Below are positions 27,680-35,537 of a stretch of 64,000 nt of DNA, piece by piece (within the stretch, counting starts at the first letter, position 1; every line of letters starts with the position of its first letter). The notes under the pieces were generated by a model. It ran no database searches, was not told the origin of the DNA, and saw only the letters and a program-made list of their open reading frames with translations. Position numbers and translations under genes: made by a program. Source of the DNA: Candidatus Binatia bacterium (GTDB taxonomy: Bacteria; Desulfobacterota; Binatia; UBA9968; JAJDTQ01). The stretch covers positions 2,432,001-2,496,000 of the forward strand of contig OY762897.2 in assembly GCA_963666515.2 (NCBI GenBank). Direction: 5' to 3'.

Positions 27680-28948
27680 CTACTCGGCATCGTCTTTGGC
27701 TTCCCGTTCAAGGTCGGCGTTCTCTTCGTAATCAGGCTGATACTCGTCTCCCACGATCTCCGGATTGGAACCAGGGTAGAACCTCAGCAAATCCCACTCG
27801 TTGATGGACGCGCGGACTTTGTAGCGCATCCGGTTCTGATACCCGGCACCCCCTGTCTCTCCTTGCAGCGCTGGCGCCTCCCAGCCGTATGCCGTGCTGT
27901 ATATCGTCCGCAGCTTCTCCACTGTCTCTCGAACGTCTTCATCGGTAGGTGACGACAATGGGATGCATTCGCGTTCCAGCAGGCGCATCCCTGTTGCGGC
28001 GCGCGCAGCGATTTCCTTGTACTTGCTGGCCTCCAACTTCGGCCCGACGTAGTCGCGGTCCTTCTTGGCGCCGTCGGGGCTGATGACGTGCGAAGCGAAG
28101 TCATCCGTCACGGTGCCGACGGCAACCAGCCCCGGATAGGGTTCGCCGATGGCTCTCCCCAACCAGCGGGTCAACTCGGCATAAGACCGGCCTCGTTGCA
28201 GGAGCGAATAGGAGCCGATCAGTTCGATCTCGTCCAGCAGCAACACCCAGCCCTTGTAACCGGCGCCCTTGATGAGCTCGGTGGCGAATCGCAGGCGCTG
28301 CGGAGGCAGTTCGACTGCTTTGGGGGCGCGGAAGGAGTAGTTCTGCAGTTGTCCGATTTGCCTCAGCCCGTCCTTTACCCTGGCCAGCCTTATCCGCTCT
28401 CCAGCCCAGAACGCCTCGATCTCGCCGTTGAGTTCAAGGTCGTTCGACCTCTCATGGACGATCAGGCTCGCCGGAAACATCTGACTGAGAAGCCCTTCGT
28501 GTGCGGTCTTGTTGGCCCACTGGAAAAATGCAGCGTAGGCAGTGGAACTCGGCTTGAGGGCCTGCCCCAACTCTTCGATCAGCCTCCCTCGACGTCCGGG
28601 CATCCGACCGTTCTCCACCGCCGACTTGAATACCTTGCCCAGGTCGTAGAGGGGCGTCTCCTTGCTGATGGCCACCTTGCTGCAAACGAAACCGCTGGAA
28701 AGGGCCTGATGTTGCAAATGGGTAAGCAAATGAGACTTGCCTGCCCCGAAATCACCGGAGACCAGCATCCCCAAAGCGCCTTCCGGAGGGCTCTCCACGT
28801 CCGTGATCCGGTTCAAGAGCTTCGTGAAATCGCCTTCCGCCCGTGGCTGGTTGCAGCCCAGGCGCTCCACCGCATCCCGGTTCGGAACGCCGTTACGGAG
28901 GGCTTCCAGCGCGCGCCGGCAGGACAGAACCAGATCTTCGGCAACCAC
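27680..28948 (-). CDS. DUF2791 / BrxD-like P-loop ATPase (intact motifs)
   Basis: ALEALRNGVP, Walker A GDFGAGKSH, SKETP, Walker B VLLLDEIE; RBS AAAGGGAGG. Confidence 0.85.
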   Translation of the reverse strand: MVAEDLVLSCRRALEALRNGVPNRDAVERLGCNQPRAEGDFTKLLNRITDVESPPEGALGMLVSGDFGAGKSHLLTHLQHQALSSGFVCSKVAISKETPLYDLGKVFKSAVENGRMPGRRGRLIEELGQALKPSSTAYAAFFQWANKTAHEGLLSQMFPASLIVHERSNDLELNGEIEAFWAGERIRLARVKDGLRQIGQLQNYSFRAPKAVELPPQRLRFATELIKGAGYKGWVLLLDEIELIGSYSLLQRGRSYAELTRWLGRAIGEPYPGLVAVGTVTDDFASHVISPDGAKKDRDYVGPKLEASKYKEIAARAATGMRLLERECIPLSSPTDEDVRETVEKLRTIYSTAYGWEAPALQGETGGAGYQNRMRYKVRASINEWDLLRFYPGSNPEIVGDEYQPDYEENADLEREAKDDAE

Positions 28949-28965
28949 GACGAGTGGCCTCCCTT

Positions 28966-29922
28966 TCAGGTCAATCGCACGAGAGACGCGACCGGATTGA
29001 CTAGGTTCCGGTCTCGAACGTCGTCCATGACCCTGGTGCGCAGAGCTTGGTAGATGCCGTAACCTCTTGAAGAGGTACTCTCATCGAGGAACTCCGTGTT
29101 GGTTGCCACCACGAGAAGCGTGCCTGACAAGCGGTCGATGTCGTCGATAAACTCGCGCAACAACTCGTAGTGATCCATGGTCATGGCCCGGGTGTAGTAC
29201 CTTTGGCCGTCCCTGGGGTTTCGCGCCAAAGTCACGCGGGAGTTGTCGAGCAGGATCACGGTTCCGAGGTGCCCGACGAAGCGAAACCAGTAGAGAGCGG
29301 ACTCGATGAAATACCGGGCAGTGGTTCGGTTGATGCCGGTGTAGATTGCAAAGGCGCGCACACTGCTCACCCGTGTGTTGGTCCCGGTCAGCCACTCCAG
29401 AACGGGCTGGCCGTCATACTCACCGCCGCTACGGGTGTTCTCCATGAGGCAGAGTTGAGTCATGGCCACTCGGAAATCCTTGGCCATCCTCGGGTTCTTG
29501 AAGACTTGGTTCTGTATCTTTGGCCTGATCGCATTGAGGACGAACTGTGGTTCGAGATGGTTGGCGGCCGCGATAGCAGCGAACAGGTTGTCGGAAGTGT
29601 CGGGGTTGACCCTGGCAACCTCATATTCGCTTTCGGCCAGCCGCAGGATCAGGCGGCGGGCCAAGCGCCGCCAATCAACCTGGACGGCGAGTCCGAAGAA
29701 GATGTCCTGCGGCATGTGGGCCCGCATGGTCGCGGCATCCAGCCTCGCGAGAACGTAGTCCAGCTTCTGACAGCGGTCTTTCAACTCCTGATAGAACTGC
29801 GATTTCCGTTCGTCGGAGGTGACCGCGAACTTTACGGAGGCCCCGCCGTTCCTGATGAAATCAGACAGATACTCGTCGTCGAGTTTCTGGAGCCAGTCTT
29901 GCAGACCGATGGTGTTCGACAT
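28966..29922 (-). CDS. DUF2791 / BrxD-like ATPase paralog with degenerate Walker motifs
   Basis: GGASVKFAVTSDERKSQF (P-loop glycines lost), VILLDN (Walker B Glu->Asn), YELLREFIDDID, YQALRTRV..NPVASLVRL. Confidence 0.75.
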   Translation of the reverse strand: MSNTIGLQDWLQKLDDEYLSDFIRNGGASVKFAVTSDERKSQFYQELKDRCQKLDYVLARLDAATMRAHMPQDIFFGLAVQVDWRRLARRLILRLAESEYEVARVNPDTSDNLFAAIAAANHLEPQFVLNAIRPKIQNQVFKNPRMAKDFRVAMTQLCLMENTRSGGEYDGQPVLEWLTGTNTRVSSVRAFAIYTGINRTTARYFIESALYWFRFVGHLGTVILLDNSRVTLARNPRDGQRYYTRAMTMDHYELLREFIDDIDRLSGTLLVVATNTEFLDESTSSRGYGIYQALRTRVMDDVRDRNLVNPVASLVRLT

Positions 29923-30725
29923 CAGCCGCCCTCGGTAAACCTGAGTCCGTAATACTCCACGTCGCGGCCATCCGGTCCGACGAAGGAGAACAGGCCCTTC
30001 GCACGCCGGGTCCCCGTGGATGACGGGAATGAGACGCTGGCACCCTTTTTCGTGCGCTTGGGGCCTTTCGTGTCCAGGATATAGAGGTCCCTCGCGAAGT
30101 CGGTACGGTCATACTCCCGGCTACTGCCCGGCAGGGAGGTGAATAACCTGTATACCCTCTCCAGGGGGACAACCCGCCCAGCGCGCTGCGCCAGGAGGTC
30201 ACGGTCCGAAACTTCGTCTCTCACGATGTCCGAATAGACGTTGTAAAGGGAATCGAGGAAAGCACCCGACTGGTAACGGCCGGGCTTTTCCTGGTTCTTC
30301 AGCAAGGCATCGGCCAAGTGGGACGGTCGGATCGACGAGACCTTCTTCTTGTCGATTCTGACCGCACGTTCAGCGGGAAGGACCCGTACAATGGAGGGAT
30401 GAGACACCAGCCGGTCGTCACGCTCGTGGATGTCCAGTCCTTTCTCGGAAGCGATGCGCCGCAACTCCGCCCGGTATCCGTCTTTAAGGTACTGCTCCTC
30501 TTCGTCTTCCTCAAACGGCCATGATTGGACCGCGTTGGTCACGGCCTGTCCCAACGAACCCAGCGCCGTATCGAGCCTATCCTGAAGCCTCTTTATGGCA
30601 GCGATGTTCCCCTCTCTGGATGCCTTCTCCAACTGTCTGGCCAGCTTGATCAACTCGCCGGCCGAAGCCAGGGTCGCGGCGGCGGCATTTTGGGTCTCAT
30701 CGAATGCGCGTTCAAAACTAGACAT
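29922..30725 (-). CDS. hypothetical protein (coiled-coil N-terminus, possible winged-helix C-terminus), first gene of the ATPase-ATPase-SNF2 operon
   Basis: 267 aa; TGATG coupling to the next gene; VPLERVYRLFTSLP...EYDRTDFARDLYILD. Confidence 0.8.
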   Translation of the reverse strand: MSSFERAFDETQNAAAATLASAGELIKLARQLEKASREGNIAAIKRLQDRLDTALGSLGQAVTNAVQSWPFEEDEEEQYLKDGYRAELRRIASEKGLDIHERDDRLVSHPSIVRVLPAERAVRIDKKKVSSIRPSHLADALLKNQEKPGRYQSGAFLDSLYNVYSDIVRDEVSDRDLLAQRAGRVVPLERVYRLFTSLPGSSREYDRTDFARDLYILDTKGPKRTKKGASVSFPSSTGTRRAKGLFSFVGPDGRDVEYYGLRFTEGG

Positions 30726-30962
30726 TCCATGCTCCGGGATATGATACAGTCGAGCCCGGTGGCGACGGGCCGTGTCGATGCGCAGTTAACAACGCAGGAA
30801 GAACCCGGTCAAGCCCTGACCAGGGCAACACGGATTCACAGATGATCTCGCGCAGGCGCGCAAGGGCGAAGACCGGATCCACGTCGAACGCTACCGGCGG
30901 CAGCCAACGGCTCAGGAAATTCCACAGGACTATCGCGTCGGACAGGACAGCCGAAATCGACC

Positions 30963-30992
30963 TTGACGCTCCTGAACACGTTTTGCTATACC
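30963..30992 (+). promoter_or_regulatory. putative sigma70 promoter of the sdh/frd cluster
   Basis: TTGACG-N18-TATACC with extended -10 TGn. Confidence 0.55.
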
Positions 30993-31046
30993 CCTCGAAA
31001 ACGCAGGAAATCTGCGTGCCTCTCGCCAAAGAAAAGGGGATCCCCA

Positions 31047-32660
31047 GTGCCGCAATTTGATGTTCTCGTTATCGGTGGAGGCGCTTCCGGTCTGCGCGCG
31101 GCCATTGCCGCCAAGCGCGCCGGGGCGTCGGTGGCGGTGCTGAGCAAGGTCCATCCGCTGCGAACCAACTCGGCGCTGTCGCCGGGCGGCCTGAACGCGC
31201 CGCTGGGAAGCGACGACTCCGCGGAGAAGTTCGCCCAGGACATCAGGAACGCCGGCGACGGCCTGTGCGACACCGAAGCCGTGAACATCCTGGCGGCGGA
31301 CGCGGCCCGCGAGGTGGTCTGGCTCGAACGCGTGGGCGTGCCGTTCAACCGCGACGCCGACGGGCGCATCGACCGCCGCGCACTGGGTTCCAGCAGCGTT
31401 CAGCGCGCCGCCTACGCCGACGACCGCACCGGACACATGGTGCTCCACGTGCTCCACGAGCAGTTCCAGAGAGAGGACATCCCCTGCTTCAGCGAGTGGT
31501 TCGTCACGTCGCTGATCCAGGATGGCGGCGCGTGCACCGGCGCGGTGGCCCTGGGGCACCGGAGCGGCCAGCTCGAGACCTTCGGGGCGGGCGCGGTCAT
31601 CCTGGCCACCGGCGGCGCCACCCAGTTGTACCGTCCGTGCACCTCGGCCGTGGGAACCACCGGCGACGGCCTGATGCTGGCCTACGACCTGGGCGTGGGC
31701 CTGGTGGATCTGGAGATGGTGCAGTTCCACCCGACGGTGTACAGCGACGCCCGCACCGCGCTCATCAGCGAGGCGACCCTGGGCGAGGGCGCGAAGCTCG
31801 TGAACGCCGACGGCGCCGTCCTCGTAAACGCCGCGGGGCTCTCCCGGGCGCGGCTTGCCGCGGAGGTCCACAAGGCCGGCCGGAACGGCGGCGGTCCGGT
31901 GTCCCTGGATCTCCGGCCGGTGGAGAACCTGACGTCCCGCTTCCCGGGGGCTGCGGAGGTGGTCAAGTCCATGGCCGGGATCGACGTCACCAAGGACCCG
32001 GTTCCGGTGCAGCCGGTGGCGCACCGCCCCATGGGCGGCATCGAGACCAACGCCGCGGGGGAAACCTCGGTGGCCGGACTCTACGCCGTCGGCGAATGCG
32101 CCCACAACGGACTCAACGGCGCCGGACGCCTTCCGGGCAACACCCTCACCGAGGCGGTGGTGTTCGGCAAGCGGGTGGGCGAAGCCGCGGCGGCCCACGC
32201 CAAGGCGGCGGGGGCCGGGGACGCAGGCGGCAGCCGGGCCGCGCAGGACGGCGAGCGACTGGCGGAGATCACCTCCGGAGGCTCCTCCGGCGACACCATG
32301 GGCGCCGTCCACCGGGAGTTGGGCGAGTTGATGAGCGCCAACCTGGGGGTGACGCGCACGGAGGCGGGGCTTGCCGAAGCCCAGAACGGAATCCGCGCGC
32401 TGCAAGAGCGTCACGCAGCGCTCCGCGTCAACAACAAGGGCCGCGTCTTCAACTACGCGCTCACGGGCTATATCGAGTTGGGGAACCTGCTCAAGCTGGC
32501 CGAGGCCACGGCCCTGGCCGCGCGGAGGCGCGCCGAGAGCCGCGGCGCCCATATCAGGAGCGATCACCCGGACAAGGACGACGCGAACTGGAAGGCGCAC
32601 ACAGTGGTGCGCTCGGAGGACGGCTCGCCGAAGCTCGATACCCGGGCGGTATCGGCGTAA
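31047..32660 (+). CDS. divergent succinate dehydrogenase/fumarate reductase flavoprotein (probably non-covalent FAD)
   Basis: DVLVIGGGASG, ILATGG, QFHPT, HRPMGGI, RLPGN, RAESRGAH; flavinylation motif reads RTNSALSPGG (His->Asn). Confidence 0.88.
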   Translation: MPQFDVLVIGGGASGLRAAIAAKRAGASVAVLSKVHPLRTNSALSPGGLNAPLGSDDSAEKFAQDIRNAGDGLCDTEAVNILAADAAREVVWLERVGVPFNRDADGRIDRRALGSSSVQRAAYADDRTGHMVLHVLHEQFQREDIPCFSEWFVTSLIQDGGACTGAVALGHRSGQLETFGAGAVILATGGATQLYRPCTSAVGTTGDGLMLAYDLGVGLVDLEMVQFHPTVYSDARTALISEATLGEGAKLVNADGAVLVNAAGLSRARLAAEVHKAGRNGGGPVSLDLRPVENLTSRFPGAAEVVKSMAGIDVTKDPVPVQPVAHRPMGGIETNAAGETSVAGLYAVGECAHNGLNGAGRLPGNTLTEAVVFGKRVGEAAAAHAKAAGAGDAGGSRAAQDGERLAEITSGGSSGDTMGAVHRELGELMSANLGVTRTEAGLAEAQNGIRALQERHAALRVNNKGRVFNYALTGYIELGNLLKLAEATALAARRRAESRGAHIRSDHPDKDDANWKAHTVVRSEDGSPKLDTRAVSA

Positions 32661-32728
32661 GGACAGGCTGCCGCAACACGCCCTTCCGCGTGCGGACAGG
32701 GGCGTGAGGCGCCGGCCGAGGAGGAACC

Positions 32729-33685
32729 ATGGAAGTCACCTACAAGGTTCATCGCCAGGACCCGGAGAACGGCGGCGAGTCGAGCTACTCCACTTACCAG
32801 GTGGACCTGTCCGAGGACGCCACGGTCCTGGACGGACTCCAGAAGATCCGGGACGAGCAGGATGACAGCCTCGCGTTCCGGGCCTCCTGCTGCCAAGGCA
32901 CCTGCGGCGAGTGCGCGGTGCGCATCAACTACAAGGCCCAGTTCACCTGCACCACCCGGATCGGCGACGTGACCAAGAAGGCTCCGGAGATCCTGCTGGC
33001 CCCGGTGCGCAACATCCCGGTGATCAAGGACCTCGTGTTCGACATGGACGCCTTCACCTGGGACAAGATGGCCGCCGTCAAGCCCTGGATGGAACCCGAC
33101 GACGAGTTCGCGCCCACCGAGAACCTGGTGCCCGAGAAGGACATGGCGGAAGTGCGCAAGACCATGAGCTGCTACCAGTGCGGTCTGTGCGACGAGGGCT
33201 GCGCGGTGCTGCCGGTGAACTTCGACTTCCTGGGACCCGGCGCCATGGTCAAGAGTTACCGCTTCGTCATGGACCCGCGGGAGAGCGGAGCCCGGATGGA
33301 GGCCCGCATGAAGGTGGTGGAACAGCCCCAGGGGCTGTGGGACTGCGTCCACTGCTACGAGGCCGACGGCAAGTGCCCGCGCAGGCTGACTCCCTCCACC
33401 AAGATCATGGAAATGCGCGACGTGTCCTTCAAGGAAGGCATCAAGCACGAGAAGGTCAGCCGGCACCACGCGAGCTTCATCAACTCGGTGAAGCAGACCG
33501 GCTGGCTGGACGAGCGCAAGCTGGCCATGGAGACCGAAGGGTTGACCAACGTGGGCGGACTGATGAAGCTTCTGCCCACCGCGGTGCGGGCGCTGCGGCG
33601 CGGGAAAATGCCGGGCCGTCACGAGAAACGCCCGGGGGCCGACCAGATCAAGCGCATTCTCGAGAAAGCGGAGGACTCCAAGTGA
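32729..33685 (+). CDS. succinate dehydrogenase/fumarate reductase iron-sulfur subunit, long (type E-like)
   Basis: SCCQGTCGEC, CYQCGLCDEGC, CVHCYEADGKCP, C-terminal GWLDE extension. Confidence 0.92.
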   Translation: MEVTYKVHRQDPENGGESSYSTYQVDLSEDATVLDGLQKIRDEQDDSLAFRASCCQGTCGECAVRINYKAQFTCTTRIGDVTKKAPEILLAPVRNIPVIKDLVFDMDAFTWDKMAAVKPWMEPDDEFAPTENLVPEKDMAEVRKTMSCYQCGLCDEGCAVLPVNFDFLGPGAMVKSYRFVMDPRESGARMEARMKVVEQPQGLWDCVHCYEADGKCPRRLTPSTKIMEMRDVSFKEGIKHEKVSRHHASFINSVKQTGWLDERKLAMETEGLTNVGGLMKLLPTAVRALRRGKMPGRHEKRPGADQIKRILEKAEDSK

Positions 33686-34560
33686 AATACGCGTTCTATC
33701 CCGGATGTGTGGCCAAGGGCGGCTGTCCCGAGCTCTACTCCGCCGCCGTCAAGGTGGCCGAGAAGCTCGACATCGAGCTGGAGGAGATGACCGACGTGTC
33801 GTGCACCGGCGCCGGCTGCATGCCGACTCAGCTCTCGGACCCCATCAACGCGCGGACGTTCGCCAAGGCGGAGCAGATGGGACTGCCCATCATGACCATC
33901 TGTAGCACCTGCCAGGGCGTCTTCAGCCAGGCCAACCACCGGCTGCAGGACCCCGAGTACCGGGAAGAGATCAACCGCGAGTACCTTGCCGAGGAAGGGC
34001 TCTCGTACCAGGGCACCACCGAGGTGACGCACATGCTGTGGGTGCTGTTCGAGGACTACGGCATCGAGAAGCTCCAGTCGCTGATCGAGCGTCCCCTGAA
34101 CGGCCTCAAGGTTTCGCCCTTCTACGGCTGCTTCATTCGCCGGCCCGGGAACATCATGGTGCCCACCAAGGAGGTGGGCGGCCGACGGACCTACCTGGAG
34201 GACCTCACCCGCATCCTGGGGGCGGAGAACGTCGACATCAGCGGCAAGACCAAGTGCTGCGGCTTCCCGATCCTCACCGCCAACGAGGAGGCCTCGCTGG
34301 GCATGGTGTCCAAGCACGCCGGCGAGTCAAAGGGCAACGGCGCCGACTGCATGGTGACCCCCTGTCCGCTGTGTCATCTGAACCTCGACGGCAACCAGCC
34401 GAGAGCCGAAGGCCAGAAGGGCGAGAAGATCGACTTGCCCATCATCCATCTGCCGCAGCTCGTGGGGCTGGCGCTGGGGTTCGACCCCGACGAAATGCAG
34501 CTCGGCCGGCACATCGTGTCCACCAAGGCCGTCAACGACAAGATCGACATGCTCACTTAG
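33682..34560 (+). CDS. HdrB/SdhE-like CCG-domain subunit
   Basis: YAFYPGC, SCTGAG, CSTC, PFYGC, CCGFP, TPCPLCHLNLD, PIIHLPQLVGLALG; GTGA overlap. Confidence 0.92.
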   Translation: MKYAFYPGCVAKGGCPELYSAAVKVAEKLDIELEEMTDVSCTGAGCMPTQLSDPINARTFAKAEQMGLPIMTICSTCQGVFSQANHRLQDPEYREEINREYLAEEGLSYQGTTEVTHMLWVLFEDYGIEKLQSLIERPLNGLKVSPFYGCFIRRPGNIMVPTKEVGGRRTYLEDLTRILGAENVDISGKTKCCGFPILTANEEASLGMVSKHAGESKGNGADCMVTPCPLCHLNLDGNQPRAEGQKGEKIDLPIIHLPQLVGLALGFDPDEMQLGRHIVSTKAVNDKIDMLT

Positions 34561-34563
34561 AGG

Positions 34564-34782
34564 ATGGGCAAGGACGAGCACAAGCCCAATCCCGTCAACC
34601 TGGCGCGGGAACTCTTCAAGTTCCGCAAGGCGCAGCGTCCCTTCGGCTTCTACTACGCCGTCAAGGTCCGCCTCGGCCACGCGTGGGTCGAGGACGAGAC
34701 GGCCTTGGCGGAGATCCTGTCCGGCATCGACGAACTGGGCTACGAGGTGGTGAAGAAAGGAGCGAAGAACACCGAATCATGA
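34564..34782 (+). CDS. hypothetical 72-aa protein between the two SDH modules
   Basis: Host-like codon usage; starts 3 nt after the upstream stop; ATGA overlap with the next gene. Confidence 0.75.
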   Translation: MGKDEHKPNPVNLARELFKFRKAQRPFGFYYAVKVRLGHAWVEDETALAEILSGIDELGYEVVKKGAKNTES

Positions 34783-35537
34783 ACAGCATAGCTATCGACA
34801 ACAAGAGAACCCTGCGGCAGGACACGTGGTGGCTGGAACCCATGCTGGTGGTGCTGGGCCTGGGCGCGTTTGCGGTCTATTCGACCTGGGCCGCGCTCCA
34901 GAACGGCAACTACTACGCGGCGCCGTACCTGTCGCCCTTCTATTCGCCGTGCCTCGCCATCAGTTGCGAGCACGTGAGCGTGCCGCTGTTCGGCTCGTGG
35001 TACAACTGGTCGCCGGCCATCCTGATCCTGTGGATCCCGGGCGGTTTCCGCCTCACCTGCTACTACTACCGCAAGGCCTACTATCGCTCCTTCTTCTGGT
35101 CGCCGCCAGCGTGCGCGGTGCGGGACGCGGCCAGCAGCTACTCGGGCGAGACCCGCTTCCCGTTCATCCTGCAGAACGTCCACCGCTACTTCTTCTGGGC
35201 GTCGCTGCCGATCCTGGCGTTCCTGTGGTGGGACGCCATCATCGCGTTCAACTTCGGCGGCAGCTTCGGCATCGGCCTGGGAACGCTGGTGCTGATCGCC
35301 AACGCCGCCCTGCTGTCGCTCTACAGCTTCTCCTGCCACTCGTGCCGGCACCTGTGCGGGGGCGGCCTCAACAGCTTCAAGCTGGCGCCCGGACGCTACA
35401 AGATCTGGGGCTGGGTAACCAAGCTCAACGAGAAGCACATGCAGATCGCCTGGACGAGCCTCGTGTGGGTGGGCCTCACCGACGTCTACGTGCGGCTGCT
35501 GGCCCACGGCGTCATCCAGGATCTGAGGATCATCTGA
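34779..35537 (+). CDS. succinate dehydrogenase membrane anchor, mycobacterial Sdh1 (Rv0249c)-type
   Basis: YLSPFYSPC, FRLTCYYYRKAYYRSF, PPACAV, YSGETRFP, NVHRYF, CHSCRH, LNEKHM. Confidence 0.9.
   Translation: MNSIAIDNKRTLRQDTWWLEPMLVVLGLGAFAVYSTWAALQNGNYYAAPYLSPFYSPCLAISCEHVSVPLFGSWYNWSPAILILWIPGGFRLTCYYYRKAYYRSFFWSPPACAVRDAASSYSGETRFPFILQNVHRYFFWASLPILAFLWWDAIIAFNFGGSFGIGLGTLVLIANAALLSLYSFSCHSCRHLCGGGLNSFKLAPGRYKIWGWVTKLNEKHMQIAWTSLVWVGLTDVYVRLLAHGVIQDLRII

Noticed and set aside
25521-30725. Calling the ATPase-SNF2 operon BREX or Shango
   Set aside because: No pglX, pglZ, brxC/pglY, brxA or TerB-like gene in the window; the helicase is SNF2 rather than BrxHI/Lhr-like.
30718-31029. 103-aa minus ORF as a fifth operon gene
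   Set aside because: Overlaps the putative sdh promoter, has no RBS or recognisable motif; cannot be supported, though a short remnant is not excluded.
32677-32706. Hairpin between the first flavoprotein and Fe-S genes as a terminator or riboswitch
   Set aside because: No U-tract and no aptamer motif; at most an mRNA-stability hairpin.
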